Positions 1 to 14,400 are shown, numbered from the stretch's first letter. The stretch: 64,000 bases of DNA from Klebsormidium nitens (GCA_000708835.1 DF237140.1:1-64000), one strand, 5' to 3'. Program-made: numbers and translations. Notes: generated by a model not told the origin, from the letters alone.

Positions 1-805
1 TGAGCGACCACTATTTGACGGTGATCCGCGGCCAAAGATCCGGACCACCGACCGGATCGCGCTCCGTCATGTGTGACCAGTGTATGACAGTGAGACCTGC
101 GACTCCGACTCGAAGGCTGCCACTGCCAGTGCGAGTGTCGCAGCGGAGACTCGGCGTCGGAGTCGGAGCTGAGCTGGCTTGCTGAAGTATGATGAGCTGT
201 CGAGGTTAAGGTCCAAACCGGGAGAGCAAACCCAGTTGAAATCCAGTTTACTCAGGGTCTGTTGGACGTTAGCGGTTTAGTAAACCCGAAAAGTTAACCC
301 ATGTGCACCTGGTCCTGGGGCTGATTTCGCGCCAGGGAAGGTGCGTTTCCTGGCTAGCCACCATTGTGGTGGCGCCGCATGGTCTTCCATGATGATATTT
401 TGCTAAGCAAGGGTGCGCCCGACGTAGTTTCACAGGTGTTTCAGGTCTTTGATTGAGAGAAGGGGTTGGCGTGCGCGTCTTCGCCTCTTTAAGCCAGACT
501 TCCTGGTTTTTCTTGCCCGCAGCCTTGGTGGTTGGCAAGCAAACCTTTGCCAAGCTCAAACAGCGCTGCGTTCGCTTATAGAAGGCGCGGGGCTCTCAGG
601 CATTGGTTTTTATCGCGTCTCTGCTCAACATTAGTTACAATCTGGCTAAAGGCAATCTGTAAAACTACAGCTGGGCTTAGTCTCTGGAAATTAGGCCACC
701 GCACACACTCTTTATTCTGGGGCACTCAACCAGATGCCAATTCTAGGAGGGCGTGTAACTAGGTTGTCACCGTAAAAGGACGCTTTTCCAGACACAAAGG
801 CGTTC

Positions 806-3800
806 ATGGTGGTTCGTACATTAGCGATGGTCATGGACGCTAGCAAGCGGGTGGAGCAACCGAATGCTGTCTCTGTGCTGCCAGATGAGATCTTTGAGGC
901 GATCTTCAGTCACTTGACAGCCCTGGAGAAGGCGCGTGTTGCGGGTGTCTGCAGGCTGTTCCGGGACATAGCCTACCGGCCACGTGAGTGGCAAACTCCT
1001 TCTTTGCGGTTGTGTGCGAAGCTGCTGCCAAACAGGATTTTCCATGTTGCTGGCATTGCTTTTGGGAAAGGACTAGCAAAGTTTCCCAATTGCACGGATC
1101 TCAGAGCATTTGCCTCTAGTCATTCTGCTTTCGCTTGCCTTTTTGGGGCCTGTGTTAAGTCCGCAGGGAGCTAGCATTTCCTGAAAAGTTGCCGCACACA
1201 ATTGCGTCAAGAGGTTTATCAGCTCTTCACAATGGTCAACTGTACTCCGTCCATATGGTGGCAGTCAGCGACTGAAAATAGCTCTGCAGACTTTTCAGTA
1301 TTGACATTATAACATGTTGCTGCACCACCTTTTCATGAAGGCACTTCAAACGTTTCTTGGTCGAACCGCACCTTCAATTTTAATTCTAACATTTCTGCCA
1401 TCGATTGTAATGGATCCATCATTGATGTCTCCATAAGCTCTAATCTTTTGCCATGTTTGACCCAAACCTGGTGACCAGTTGAAAGCCTTGAGCAACATTC
1501 TACATCCTCCGCCCCCATCTCTAGCGTCTGCTCATTTGACGGGGCTTTTAGACGAGGTCTGCTTTTTCTGCGCCCAGGTCTATGGCGTTCGCTCGACACA
1601 TGGGGCCTTGGCTGGGACCGCAAGGTGGCCGCTACCATCAGCAGCCGATGCACCGACTTGGAGGAGCTGACGGCGCGCGGAGCAGTGGCCGCCCTCTCTT
1701 GCATACACCTCAAGGTAGGCCCCAGGCTGTCTGTCGCTGCTCTTTGGCCCCTTCTTTCCGTTACTTGTGTTTGAGCCTTCCAGTTGAGAGCAGTTGCTGC
1801 TTTTGAGCAACCAGCGCACTCTTGAAATCCCTGCAGGCTGCCTTAAGATAACCGTAGGCTGCCCCACATCAACCATAAGTGTTGATGTGTAGGGGACTTG
1901 TAATAGGGCCCAGTATTGTCAGGACCAATGAAGTTGCAGATTATCTTACTGTCTGGGCCAAGGCCACTAAATCTGTTATCTCCTCTGTATGTAGCCCCCT
2001 GTCATCTACTCTTGTGTCCCGACTCTTGGTCGTTCCCACGAGTTGGCGGCGGCCTTTTTTGCGTGTGCACTTCGCTCCAACTAAGAATGGCAAAGACAGA
2101 GGGTATACCCAAGTCTTGTCAACTGAGAAAGTCTGACACTTGCCCCCGATTCTACCCGTCGCACCTGAGGGACACAAAAGGAACCATTCAGATCCAGCAG
2201 CAGGTTTGCAAGATATTTGGGACAGCCGTTGCGTTCCAGATCTTAATGACAGCAATTTCAACCCGAAACTGAAAAGCAGACTGTTTACTTGCAGGCTCGG
2301 ACGTAATGGATGATTTCGTCCACATGCTGTAGTTTGAAACAGCTGCCTCATATTGCAAGATCGAAAGATGTCGTCACCGCAGGCTTTGGGTGGTCCCACG
2401 AGTTTCTTCAGGAGCTACCGTGAAGATATCAAGCCACAGGCTCGGAATTCACATCCCTAACCTGCAGCTACGAAAGCTAACCCGAATTTCTGACCCGCAG
2501 GCCCGAAAGCTACGGAAGTTGCATTTGGACAGTTGTGCCGATCTTATGGACGCTGCATTGGGCGTCCTAATCGGACGCCACGAGGGGCTGACGAGCGTGC
2601 ACTTAGACGGGGCCGCGTTTCTGACCAACGAGTCAATCGAGGTCATTGCGCTGGCGTGCCCGCTGCTTGAGAGTCTGCGCGTGGGGGGTTTCAAGGACTG
2701 CGTTGACAAGTGAGTAGCAGATTCCTTGCAAAGCCGAGGTGATTGTGGCTCTGAACATCCTTGTCCAAACGCTGGATGCTTGAGTTCTTGCGTGTTGGAT
2801 GAAGCTAACTTCGTTCGAGGCTGTCAAGCAGCTTTGGGGAGAACCGGAGCTACAAAAGCGTGCATGCTGATTGGTTTCGTTCGAACGCTTCACGCGTTGC
2901 AATCGATTTCGACGAGCAGACAGAGCGGAAACGTGAAGGGCGAGCACGGCTGCAAAACGACCTGTAGCAAGCTTTGGTTCACGGATGAGACAGGAAAAGT
3001 AGGACGACAGCCCCAAAAACGATGTCCGACGAACAAGAAAACATTCGAAGCATATCAGAAGCGTGCCGCTTTCTTACTACAGGGAGGCGCTGACGGTGCT
3101 GTTCGAGGGCTGTCCAAAGCTGGCGGAGCTGTCATTGACGGACTGCCAAATGGTGGATGAAGGGGGGCTAGCCGCAGCCACGCAGCTGCAGCTGCTGTCA
3201 CTTGCGGGCTGCAAGGTGTCCAGCTGGGCCATCGCTGCCGAGGTGAGTCGGATACTCTCCGTCTCGTGGCAACTCCTTCATCTTTTCCGCTTTTTTGTTT
3301 TTCGTTGTATGTTTTCGTTTTCGTGACGTGCCGTTTCACGTCTTCGCGTTCGACCCTTTTACCCAAGGCGCCGAGCGCAGAGTAGCAGGGGCAGATTCTT
3401 CCATCTTGGACCATTTCTGTCTCCTTCGCTTTTCTATGCTGAGATCACGAGGCTAGGGATTATATCCTTCTTTGGCTTCACGTGCGCTTACCCTCTTACC
3501 AAGTACAATTTGGGTCTTAAAAACCACTTTCTGTAACGAGCACAGAAGACGAGCATGTTGTAAGTGGTAGCTAGTGCACTCAGTAGGACCACGTTGCCTC
3601 TTATCAGTTTCCACTTCTATCCAGTCCTTAGTACTGCTTTCTGTGCTTTGCAAAGCCAGCTCTTTTCAATTCTGTTTTGGTAATGGCAAGATGGCAAGGA
3701 ATCCCTGAATGCTTATGAAGTTCCCGCAGCCGAAGCTCAGCCCCATATCTCAATCCAAGCGGCAGCTATCTTAAGGACTTGTCGCATCCCTTTTTCCTCA

Positions 3801-6800
3801 ATACCCCCTTTCCTCTGCAGGTCTTGCACAAGCTGCCCAACCTAGTTGGCATCGATGTGTCGCGCACCGAGATCTGGACCACCAACGCGAGCTACCTGCT
3901 CTTCAACTCGCAAAGCCTTTCCATCTTGATCGCCCTCGACTGCCGCTGCGTCAACGACGCGTTCATCTCCAGCCGCCTCCTCTCACTCTGCCCCCGGAAG
4001 CTCGCGGTCTTCATCCTCGACGGCGACCTTACCCGCTCGCTCGCCTGCGTGCGGTCGCCCCCAAACGGGGTGGCTCAAGCGGCTGCAGAAGTCCCCCCCC
4101 AAAACTCGCCCACGAAACCGGGGGCCAAGCTTCCCGCAGAAACGATACCCCTGAGAAGCACACAAACCCCCCATCTGCTGCCGATGGTCCAAACGCGCGC
4201 GCAAGCCCTGGTGACGAGCATCGCCGACCTGCCCTCCCTCGTTTCACCCTCTTCTTCCCCCCTAAAATGCACGGAACCGGGACCCCCTGTGGGAAAAAGC
4301 GTTTGGGAAGCGGAAGAGGGAAACGATGACGCGGTGCTGACGTCAGCGCAGCGGCGGGCAGCCGACTGGGTGGAGTGCGCGCTGGTGCACGGGCTGCAGC
4401 GAGCGGCGGAGAAGAAGGCGGAGCTGGAGCGGTTTTGGCTGCAGAACGGGACGCGGGCGTTGGTGGCGCTTTTGCAAAGCGAGCAGGCGAGCGTGCAGGT
4501 GAGGGCTATGCTTTTTGATGGGGTTTGCTGGGTTTTGGGGGTTCAGTGTTGATTTTCACGGGGTTTAGTCAAGGCGTCAACGGGATGGTGCGAAGCAAGA
4601 GGAGATTGACAAAAGGTGCTGTGTCCTGAATGGAAGGTGCTGTGCGAAGGGTAATGTCGAAAGGGCGTTGGTGGTGCTCCACGCAAGCGAGTGGGCGAGC
4701 GTGCAGGTGAGGGGCCCGCTTTCGTTGCCTCCTTTCTTTCCGTTTCTTGACCCTGTCTACTACACATGTACGTCAGGTGTTAGGGTGTTGGTTGCCTGGA
4801 AGTGGGCGAACGATGACGGCATTTAACGTACTGGCGGCGCTGGCGAGTTTCTGTGGAGCGAGCAAGTCAGCGTACAGTTGAGGACTTCGTCAACTCCTTT
4901 TCCGCCGTTCCTTCGACCTTGTCAAATGTATGTTTTCCATTCTTAAAATGTCTGTTGGCTTGAAGTTGAGTGGGAAGACGATGGAGCATGTTGGTACAAG
5001 TGAGCTCCTCGGGAGCGATCAGGCTACGTGCGGGAAAGTAACCTGGAATTGGTTGCATACCATCAGGGACGAGTGGAAGGTTTGACGTGGGAAAAAGATA
5101 GACTCTGAAGTACAGGATGGACGGCTCTACGGAAGGTCTGGATGGACGGCTCTGCACAGAAGTTCCTTCGGTCTTGAACTCTGCGTTTATGTTTGCATAA
5201 GAAAGCGGCATTAGACGTAGCCGATTTCGTTATCGACAAGGCCGAGACCGTGACTGCCCACGTGGATCGACCCTTTCTGTTGCCAGATCACCACTATCTC
5301 GAAACACTCGGCAAACACTTCGCTGCGTTCCCAGTATCCCGAACATTGCGTCCTAATGTTGCAGGAAAAGGCGGCGGTGACGTTAGCCGACTTAGCCATC
5401 GACGAGGCGGACACCGTGACCGCCCACGTGGATCGATCGACGTCGATCTACAAGGAGGGCGCCATCGGGCCGTTGCTGCGGCTGGCGCGGCGGCCCGTGG
5501 ACAGTCTCCAGGGAGAGGCCATGAAAGCGCTGGGGAACCTGTGTGTGAATAAGCACGCGGCGGAGCTGGTGGTCCAGAGCGGGGGCATCGGGGCCTTTCT
5601 GAGGGCGGCCAACTCGGCGAACAAGTAAGGAGCGAACGTCGGTGCTTGGTTGATGATTTGGGTGTCGAGGTGACTCCAGCGTAGGAGTTTGCTGAACCAG
5701 CAGCCAAGCTGTGGACGGACTCATGTCTGTCTTCTTCTCATTTGATTCCCCGACTTGCTGACATTATGTCCCGCTTCTGAATCCGTTCTAGTCAATTGTC
5801 GTTGATTTGTGGCGGTGAAAGGGTTGCTCTGTCATGCAAACCCTTGCGAGCTTCACTGCAGACCTGGTTCGTACTCCGAGTGCGCTCGACGATTTACAGG
5901 GGCACAGCGGTTGGTCAAGCGGTGAATAATGGTCAAGCGGTAAAATTATCAAACACACACTTTCTTCAACTTTTCAAAGTTGAGAACTCAAGGTGAACTC
6001 AAGCGTTGGCAGCTAATTACCGACTAACTCCCCGTTCCGCGACGCTGCTTTCAGGTGGGTGGCCGAGGAGGCTGCCGGCGCACTGTGGAACCTGTCAATG
6101 AACGACAGTCTGAAGGACCGGATCGCGGCGGCGGGCGTGCTGGATGCGCTGGTGGGCCTGCTGTCGCGGTGGCCCAAAGACGCGGAGGTGGTCCAGGTAA
6201 GAGCTCTAGCATTTTTTCATGTAATGTGAAAAAAAAACTTCTCTTACGTGGTCGCTACTCGGCGTTTCGTTGCGGTGGCCCAAGGATGCTGAGATTGTCC
6301 AAGTAAGCTTCTTTCAATTGACTACCTTCCTCAGGAGTACCTAGAGACGACTCCCTGGTTCTTGACACTCAAAAGGTCGGTTACATGACGTTCAAAAGCA
6401 TTGAACCAGGACAGGTGGCCACCTTCGGGTCTAACTAGGCTGACGTTTTTCAGGAGCGTGTGGCGGGCGCTCTCGCCAACATGGCGAACCACGAGGCGAC
6501 TAGCTTTTCCATGGTGAACGGCCCGTGCCTCGGCGTCCTCAACCGGTTGCTGCGCACGTCGTCGCACGAAGGACTCCAAGAGCAGGTCGGGCAGCGTCTC
6601 TTGACAACTGATAATGCACTTTCGGTCAAACCTGGCGCCTGACTCAAGTCCAATCTGAGTCGAACGCAGACCTTCGCCCCCTTAGTTTTTTCCCCAAAAT
6701 GACTTGCGTCGGTGAATGCCGACGCTCCGAAACGGGGCTTGCTTCGGAATCTATCGCATCTCGTTTTTGTTTTCTGAGAGAGGTTTCAAGCAAACCACGT

Positions 6801-9800
6801 GCGTGTAGCTTGAGCTTGGGGCGAATGTTAGCTCAAGTGAATTGGCCTAAACTCAAACTTGACGACCCCCTACAGATCGTGCGCGTGCTGGCCAACCTAG
6901 CCGCACAAGGCGACTGCAACACGAGCAACAACGTCGCAATCGCCCGTACCCCTTTCTGTCTTTCCGCCCTTGTCGCGCTCACCAAAGACGGACCCCCCAT
7001 GCTGCAAATCGAGGCGGCTACCGCTCTTTGGAACCTTGCTTTCGACGAGGGGGTTAGGGAACTTATCGCCGCCGAGGGTGGGGTTCATAGTCTGGTCGGG
7101 TTAGCGAAACAGTGCTGCGGGGGGGAGTTTTTCGCGTTGCAGGAAAGGGTAACCGGGGCGCTTTGGGGGCTCTCGGCGAGTCAAGGAAATAGCGTGTTGA
7201 TTGGGGAGGAGGGGGGGATCCCCCCGTTGATACAAATGGCGCGGTCAGCGTCCGAGGTGAGATGCAGCGGCGGATCCACGTTCAATGCATCTCGAGCGTT
7301 CTTGCCCGGGGTCGTTTCTTAAGAGAGTTCGGCTGGTTCATTGAGCGTCCGTTTCAGAGGGCGGCTCTGGCAGCCAGACTGTTTATTCCTGTTTTTATTG
7401 AAATGACGTGCGTTTATTGGTCGTGGTCTTTGTTGATTGCAGAGCAGGTCTTTGTTGATTGCAGAGCAGATTTTGTTTCTTGGTTACCCCTCCGTTATCC
7501 CTTCAAATTGAGCGAAGGTTTGTGCTGGACTTGACGCACGTCCTTCGACTGCTCACAACCGCCGTTTCGAGGTTGGGCGCTCTCAACTCTCAGACGTGCG
7601 GTGCTCCACAAAGGGCTCAACCCGTCTGAACGTTTCAAGCGAAGCAGATCTCCGACGTCTGCGAAGCAGATCTCCGACGTCTTCATAACAATTCTGGACG
7701 CTTCTGGACGTTATGAAGCACTTTCTCGACGCCGCTTTTCACAACCACGAGACCTTGGAACATTCTCACAGCCTTTTCAGAACGCCGACGCTCTCGTTCG
7801 GGCTGGCGCCAACTTTTCAATTGCTGACGCAAACCGTTCGGACGCTGACGCCCAAAGGTTCGTGACGCGGACGCCCAACGGTTTGGACGCTGACGCTCCC
7901 CATTGAGATGCTGTAAGAACCGTTCCGTTGCTGACGTCAACCGTTCGGACGCTGACGCTTCCCTTTCAAACGCTGCAGGACGTCCAGGAAGCCGCCGCGG
8001 GCGTCCTTTGGAACCTTGCGTTCGACACGCGGAACGCGCGCATCATCAAGGCGGAGGGCGGCATTCCAGCACTGACGGCACTGAGCGTGTCGCCCCAAAG
8101 CACGCTCCTGGCCAAGTTCATGGCCGTGCTGGCGCTATCGTACCTGTGCGATTCGCAGTGAGTTGCTTCTCATGTCTCTAGGCCCTTCCCAATTTTCAAA
8201 TTCAGGAGCGTCGTTTTACGAATCTTTGTAACGTTTGTGAAGAGTCTTTTGGGGCCCGACTAGACTGTCTTTTTGAGAAATCGAGCCAATCTCTCGCAAG
8301 CTCCGCCGGCGAGTTTGAGATGCTGACGGTGGCCAGTCTGCCCTGAGAACGCCCGTGTGTCTCTTGGAGTCAATCCTTTTATGGTTTGTGACATCTTCTC
8401 AAGCAGCTTTTGATTGCAGTGACTGCAGGCTGCATGTTTGACGTCATGTTGCTTCCGTTTATTGACGTCTTGTTGCTTCCGTTGAGATTACGAAGTTGTT
8501 TTGTTTTTACGGCATACTCGGGTCATTCATCCCGGAGATTTCGAGCGACGGTGAATGTGGAAGAGACACAAAGAGTGTGCATGCTTTCTTCTTGAGACCA
8601 GGAAGGCCTGCCGTAGAGTGAGGCACGTGCCCTCGTTAATTGTTACGGACCCAAAAGCTTCAAGGGCTCGAGAGTTCAATCTACAAGTAACGCCCGGGAG
8701 CGGAACTAAAAGACCCGTCATCAACATTGATTGACGATCGCAACCCTCAGCCCTGATTTTTGACAATCTCTGAGTTCCTTGTCCAGTATTTCCCCACTGC
8801 CGAAAGGACCGCCTCTATCGTGAATCTAACGTGGGCGAGAGCAGATGGCATCCTCAGATTTCGTAAGACGAAAAGGCTCCGGGACTCCTCCATACTCTAG
8901 ACTCTCGATCTTCAGACTCTATGTACTTAACATCAAGTAAACCCTCTTTGATACTTCTTAACGGTCGGGCAGCCTTTTCAGGACCTGATGCCGCTCACTC
9001 TCAAAAGTCCTCCACCCGAAGCATCCTTCGTGTCAAAATCCCAAACTTTGAAATCTTCTTTCCTCAGGGCCGAAAAGGACCGCCACTACGTGCTGCGGCC
9101 GAGCGACGACCGCAAGGAGGTCTTCCAGCGCATCTCCGCCTTCGTGGACGAGCACAGTCAGCATTACGTCAGCGAGGTGCCCCACCTGGAAACGCTGCCC
9201 CGCGCCCCGCCGGCGCCAAAAGGGCGGCGCTGGGAGGTGCTCCCGGGGAAGGGCCCCTCCGTGCTGACGTGGCAGGTGACGTCAGAGGCGAGCACGATGC
9301 GGGAGGTTGGGGACTTGCGGTGCAGGTGAGGGGCGATCTTACTAACCTGCTTCTTTGTTTACTATTTTTCGTTTATTGGATCATTCGTGTGATGGTCAGG
9401 GTACTTCTATTGCAGCAAATCTGGGTAGTTCCAGCTGCTGTGTGCAAAAATTGGTGACAGAGAAATGGACGGAGGCCATTCCAAAAAAACGGATAGCCGA
9501 AGAAGATTTTCTTGGGCTGCGGTCTGTTGAGTTGTACGTCCCAGGAGTTAAGGGTTGCGTCTGTGTCTAGACAGTAACGCCGAAGTTTCCCACTTTCGCA
9601 CAGTCGTGGCAGGCAGACCTTTCGCGACTCTGGAACGATCATGCATCTTTGTTGCAACCGAACCATTTTGCCAAGACTTCGGTTCGATGTTTTTGCGGTT
9701 CCACGCTTCGTGATTGCTCGTAACACCAGGAACGAACCTCTACCCACAAGAATTTTGTTCCCATGATCGGTAGGCCCTCGGTCTTACATATCCACAATGC

Positions 9801-10194
9801 ATGTCTCGTTTCGTGAACGTCTGAAGCCAAGGGACAAAAGCTGTGGCTTTCTTGTTCAGCGAGAATCACTCCATCTATAGTCTGGTTATGTTCGCCGACC
9901 AGATTTACTCTGTGTCTGTGCAGTGACTTTGAGATCGAGCGGTTCACGCTTATGCTTCGGGACCCGTACGAAACGCTCCAGCACTGCGCCGCGTTTGCTC
10001 TTCTCCAGTTCACCATGCCAGGTGGCAGGCACACGCCTCACCACGTGGCAGCCATGCGAAAGGCTGGGGGAACGGAAGTTCTGAGTGCCATCTTAAGTAA
10101 CAGCGCTGGTGCTTCTAAGAAGCTCCGGTGCTTAGTGGAATTGATTGTTTGTAACATTGAAGAAAGCGGGGGTCATACAAACCATAAAGATTGA
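806..10194 (+). CDS. ARABIDILLO: ARABIDILLO-like F-box/LRR/Armadillo-repeat protein (12 exons)
   Basis: Manually spliced GT-AG exons: 806-983, 1578-1714, 2501-2709, 3083-3242, 3821-4498, 5365-5624, 6055-6196, 6454-6585, 6876-7256, 7979-8157, 9068-9325, 9924-10194; phases compatible. F-box LPDEIFEAIFSHL..VCRLFR; LRRs (LPNLVGIDVSRTEI); ARM repeats (EEAAGALWNLS, ERVAGALANMA, ERVTGALWGLS, EAAAGVLWNLAFD); C-terminal LRCS..CAAFALLQFTMPGGRH as recalled for ARABIDILLO/PHYSCODILLO. Confidence 0.92.
7639..7682. repeat. Perfect 22-bp direct tandem duplication (intronic)
   Basis: GCGAAGCAGATCTCCGACGTCT x2. A second perfect 22-mer duplication GGTCTTTGTTGATTGCAGAGCA x2 lies at 7425-7468. Confidence 0.9.
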
Positions 10195-11496
10195 CGTCTT
10201 AACGGAAAGGGTAGCTGGGGATACCTCGTCAATAGGTATGGCTAATGCTTCGAGGCGCGAAGCGTTGTATAGTATGATTGCTGAAGTACTGTCCAACCCA
10301 TAAGGCTCTGTTCTAATGTGGAGGACATTGATTAGTTGTTCCCGACATGGACTCAGGCTCGCATTGCGGTGCGCTTAATGGGTTGCAGATGATATTGAGG
10401 TGTTGATTTCTAGTCCCGCTGAGCATTTGCAGCCGGCCGGGCTCGAGGCAACTTTGAATGGCTTGATCTGATGGCTCAGCCGCCTGCGCTAACTTGATGT
10501 GAACGTGGAAGACAAAGGTGAAAGTCCATGCAGTTGATATAATTGCAGTAGCGCGGTGAAAGATCATGCAAAACAACGCGACGGTTAGCAGATTAAAGTA
10601 CACTCCCTCTGGCGCCTATTCGGCCGGACTCAAAAAATCATCTGGGCCGGTTATTGGAGGCCCGCGTTTTGTGTAGCATTGCAGTCTGGGCCTACGTGAT
10701 CATGCATACTAATAAATCGACCGCAGATCGGACCGCGCAATCAAAAGAAAGCTGACTCATCATGCGCGTGATCAGTGATCACGTTGTAATTGCAGGTACC
10801 GTCGTCTCTAGCTGCATGTGAATATGGCAATGACATGTTTTGCCATTGGATTGTCGCCTGCCCGATGCCTTCGATGCGCACCCGGGCTATATAGAAGGAA
10901 GTGTCCATCATGCGCTACGTACTCTCAATCTGCCCCAACCAGGTCGGCTGACGTTGCCGTCCCGATAATAATTACTGCTTAAGATCGATGCTTCAAAACC
11001 CGCGGTTTCCCAGACGTACGTATACGCCGGGTATGCACAACCATTATACAAGTCCTCGACACACTTGGGCTAACGTCGTGGCCCTGCAAGAATCTACCGT
11101 CGCATGTGCAGATGCATGAAGCAAACACCATCCCGCGGGCCGCAATTATATAGAGTTCCGGTTATATAGCTCTCTATAAATCCTTTCAACTACGTCTATA
11201 ACACGCACTGACTCTGCCGGGCCGCATTGCAACTCCTTCTTGGTAATCTCTTGAGTACGGTTATAAATTTTCTTCGCACGCACATGAAATGTTGAGTTGA
11301 AATTGCACGTCCTCTTCGAATTCAACAACCAAGCGTACGTACAACTATCCAATCCAAGCAACCCTCTATGCTATATGCGCTTGATAAGCACTACGAAAGA
11401 CCGAAATCACTAATGAAGCCATCGTTGAAAGCTGACGGGATCGACCGTCTCTTCTGGAATCCTTTCTGTTCTTCTTTTTGGCTTCAATTCGTCTAA

Positions 11497-14400
11497 TTAC
11501 GCGCTCATCGCCACCATTTTGAGCGTCTCGTCCCCCTCGTCCCAGAATTTCTTCACCCCTCTGCGCGTCCCTCGGTTCTGAAAGTCGCGCGTCCGGTACA
11601 GGCTCTCGATGTACCGAACGTTGTCCGGCTGCCGTACGAACTTGAGCTCCGTCCGCAGGAACTCCGCCCGGGAGATCCCATACCGGCCGAGAATGTTCCG
11701 CTCTAGTTGCTCGGCGAGCCGCCGCTGCAAAATGTATTTCAGCAGACAGTGAGTCGGGAGCTGGCAATCCTCAACCGTCACCTGGGTCGACGTTTTGCTA
11801 GCGGATTCGGTATTCGAAAACATATAAGGGCACGAATCTGCACCAGACCCATGCGCTTATTGGGCAAAAGCATGTTGTGGCGTACGTTTCTCGTATAAGA
11901 GACACGTCCGGCTTCTGCTTTATGATAGAAGCGTTCGAAAGCTGAGCATCGTTTGTGACCCCACCAAATCATACTTGTCCCTCGGAGATTGGATACACGC
12001 ATCGCATGGAGGGGTGTAGACTGGAAACCAGGCAAAACCACTTTTTTCTGGGCGGAAGAAACCGCCAAGAATGCAATTGAATAGCTCAAGATGAGGTATC
12101 AGGAACTGTGGCGCATGCAAAAAGGGGGAGAACCAGACTGGCACGGCGGTTGATGAGAACCGTCAGGACGTACAAAAAGCAGTCCGCTGTGGCAGCGTTC
12201 GGACCAGCCCTGCACGCGCATCTCGAAGCGGCTAGCATAATGCAGACTGGTCAACACCGTACACTTTATCCCTTTCAAAGTGATGCTTAGAGGTGCCCTG
12301 AAGCGTACGAACTCCGTTAGCCGCTAGCAGCAGAAGAAAGGGGAAAGCGAATGGAAGAAAAGATGAATGCAAGAGCAAGAAGCTAGGAAAAGTGAAAGCG
12401 GAGGAGACAGAATCTTACGATCCGACTTACCTGTTGATGCGGTTCCTTTCGCAGCCCCCGCTCGACGGCGTCCAAATGCACCAGGCTCGGGCTGTCAATC
12501 GCCGCCCCAACGACCTCCCCCCAGCCGCCACGTGTCAGCCCGTTGTGCGCCACGTTCACGTAAACCAGTTTAGGGTTAGTCCGGATAAGCCGCGCGACCG
12601 CGGCCGCGCCCGCGTCCTCGATCCGATTGGGCAGCTCGCCCATATCAGCCGTCGACGTATAAACGCCGAGGTCCAAAACCTCGAGGGTTTGGTGCCCAGT
12701 CAGCGCGTCGCACAGTGCGGCCGCGCCCGCCGCTTCGATCTGGTTAGAGCTGACCACGAGCCGCTTGAGCCCCCGGTTGGAACGGAGCCCTTTCGCCAGG
12801 GCAGCGGCACCGGAATCCCCGATCCTGTTTACCGACAGGTAAAGGCTCTCAAGGCCCGCTTTTCCTTTGGTCGAGCAGTCGGTAAAGTATTCACCGAGCG
12901 CAACGGCGCCAGCTGGCGTGATTCCATTGGCGCTGAGGTAGAGATGACGCAATGTGTCGTTAGCTTTGAACCCGGCGACTAACGAAACCACCCCGTCGTC
13001 GAGCAAGCCGCAATTGTCCAAGTCGAGAGTGTGCAAACGCACGTTCGTCGTCAGCATCTCTGCCACGTGGCGCGCCCCCACTGGCCCAATCGGGTTCCGC
13101 TTCAGCCACAGCGCCTCGACGACGTCGTTCTCCGCCAGCGCGGCCGCGAGCCGCGCGACCCCATTCACATCGATGCAATTGCCCGCCAGGTACCAGGTGA
13201 TAACACTCTCGTTCTGTGCAATAAACTCGCTGATCGCGCGCGCCCCCGCGGGGCCGATGACGTTGTTCCCGAGCAGGAAGTGACGTATGTGCGAGTTGTG
13301 ACGTAAGCAGTCCATCAGCGGGCCGATCGAGCCCGGCCCGACGACTTGCTTGCAGAGGTCCATGCGGCCGTCGGAGTAGAAGATGCCCCGGGGGAACTCC
13401 ACCCGGGCACCCGGGTCGGGGTTTGTGTTGCTCCAAGGCACCTGGAAAGGTGTCAAGTTGGATAAGGTGGGTGGGGAGTCTGATTGATAGGGAAATCTGC
13501 TAGCGTTGAGCAGAGGACAGTTTCGTTGGAACGCAAGCGAAAGGAAAAGCGTATCTACCGATTTTTTCGACCCTTCCGGGTGGGTTAGTCTCCCCCCAAG
13601 GCACCTAGGATAATGACCGTTTTGGGAAGTTGAGCAGGGTATTCTGATTGATGGGCGGTTATGCTTGTAGCAAACGAGCGACGACACATAACTTCTCCAT
13701 ACTTTTGTTTGATCCTTTGAGAGAAACTCCACCCGGGCCCTAAGGTTGGGGTCTGTGTCGCTCCATAGCACCTGGGGAAAGAGAGCGGTTGGAAGGTGAG
13801 CAGAAACTCAAAAGAGTTGATGGGCGAGGGTGGAATGTGACGGAGCTTGTGCACTAAAACGGGATTGGTAACGAGGTTAGTCTCGCTCTCTAGCACCTGG
13901 AGACAAGAGACCGATTGGAACAAGGAGCAGGGCTGCGAGCTGAACGGTTCGTATAAGGGAAGGAGATAAAGCAACAAGCCCTAACGTAACGATTGACGAC
14001 TCGGTTTTCAACGCTCTGGACATGTGGAGGAGAACACCGGCTGAGCGCAAGGATTTGGGGATGCGTAATGAAAGTCCAAAACGACGGGCGCCAAGTCTGA
14101 TCAAGCGGATGATGGCTGGAACTGGGATTAGATAGAGAAGATGGTCTCTCTTCTTGCTTTGCGTCTCGGACAGTAGATAGAAAACAGATGTTCAAGGACT
14201 AATGTAGAACGGGGATATTGGACTCGGGCAATTGCCTCTCTCTTGTCTTGATTGCATTCTTTAATCGAGTGACCCTATGCCTGGAGCCGGAGATCGATGC
14301 AGAGTCTGACGTTATATCCAGCAATGCTTTGAAATTACGGAGTCCCGCCAGGAAGTCGAATAACGGTCGAAATGATCACAACAGCAAAATCTTAAGAGAC

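Noticed and set aside
10598-10620. TA-CACTCCCTC start resembling a Stowaway/mariner TIR
   Set aside because: No matching inverted end was found nearby.
12392-13306. Plus-strand ORFs of 91-196 aa
   Set aside because: Antisense shadows of the GC-rich LRR exon.
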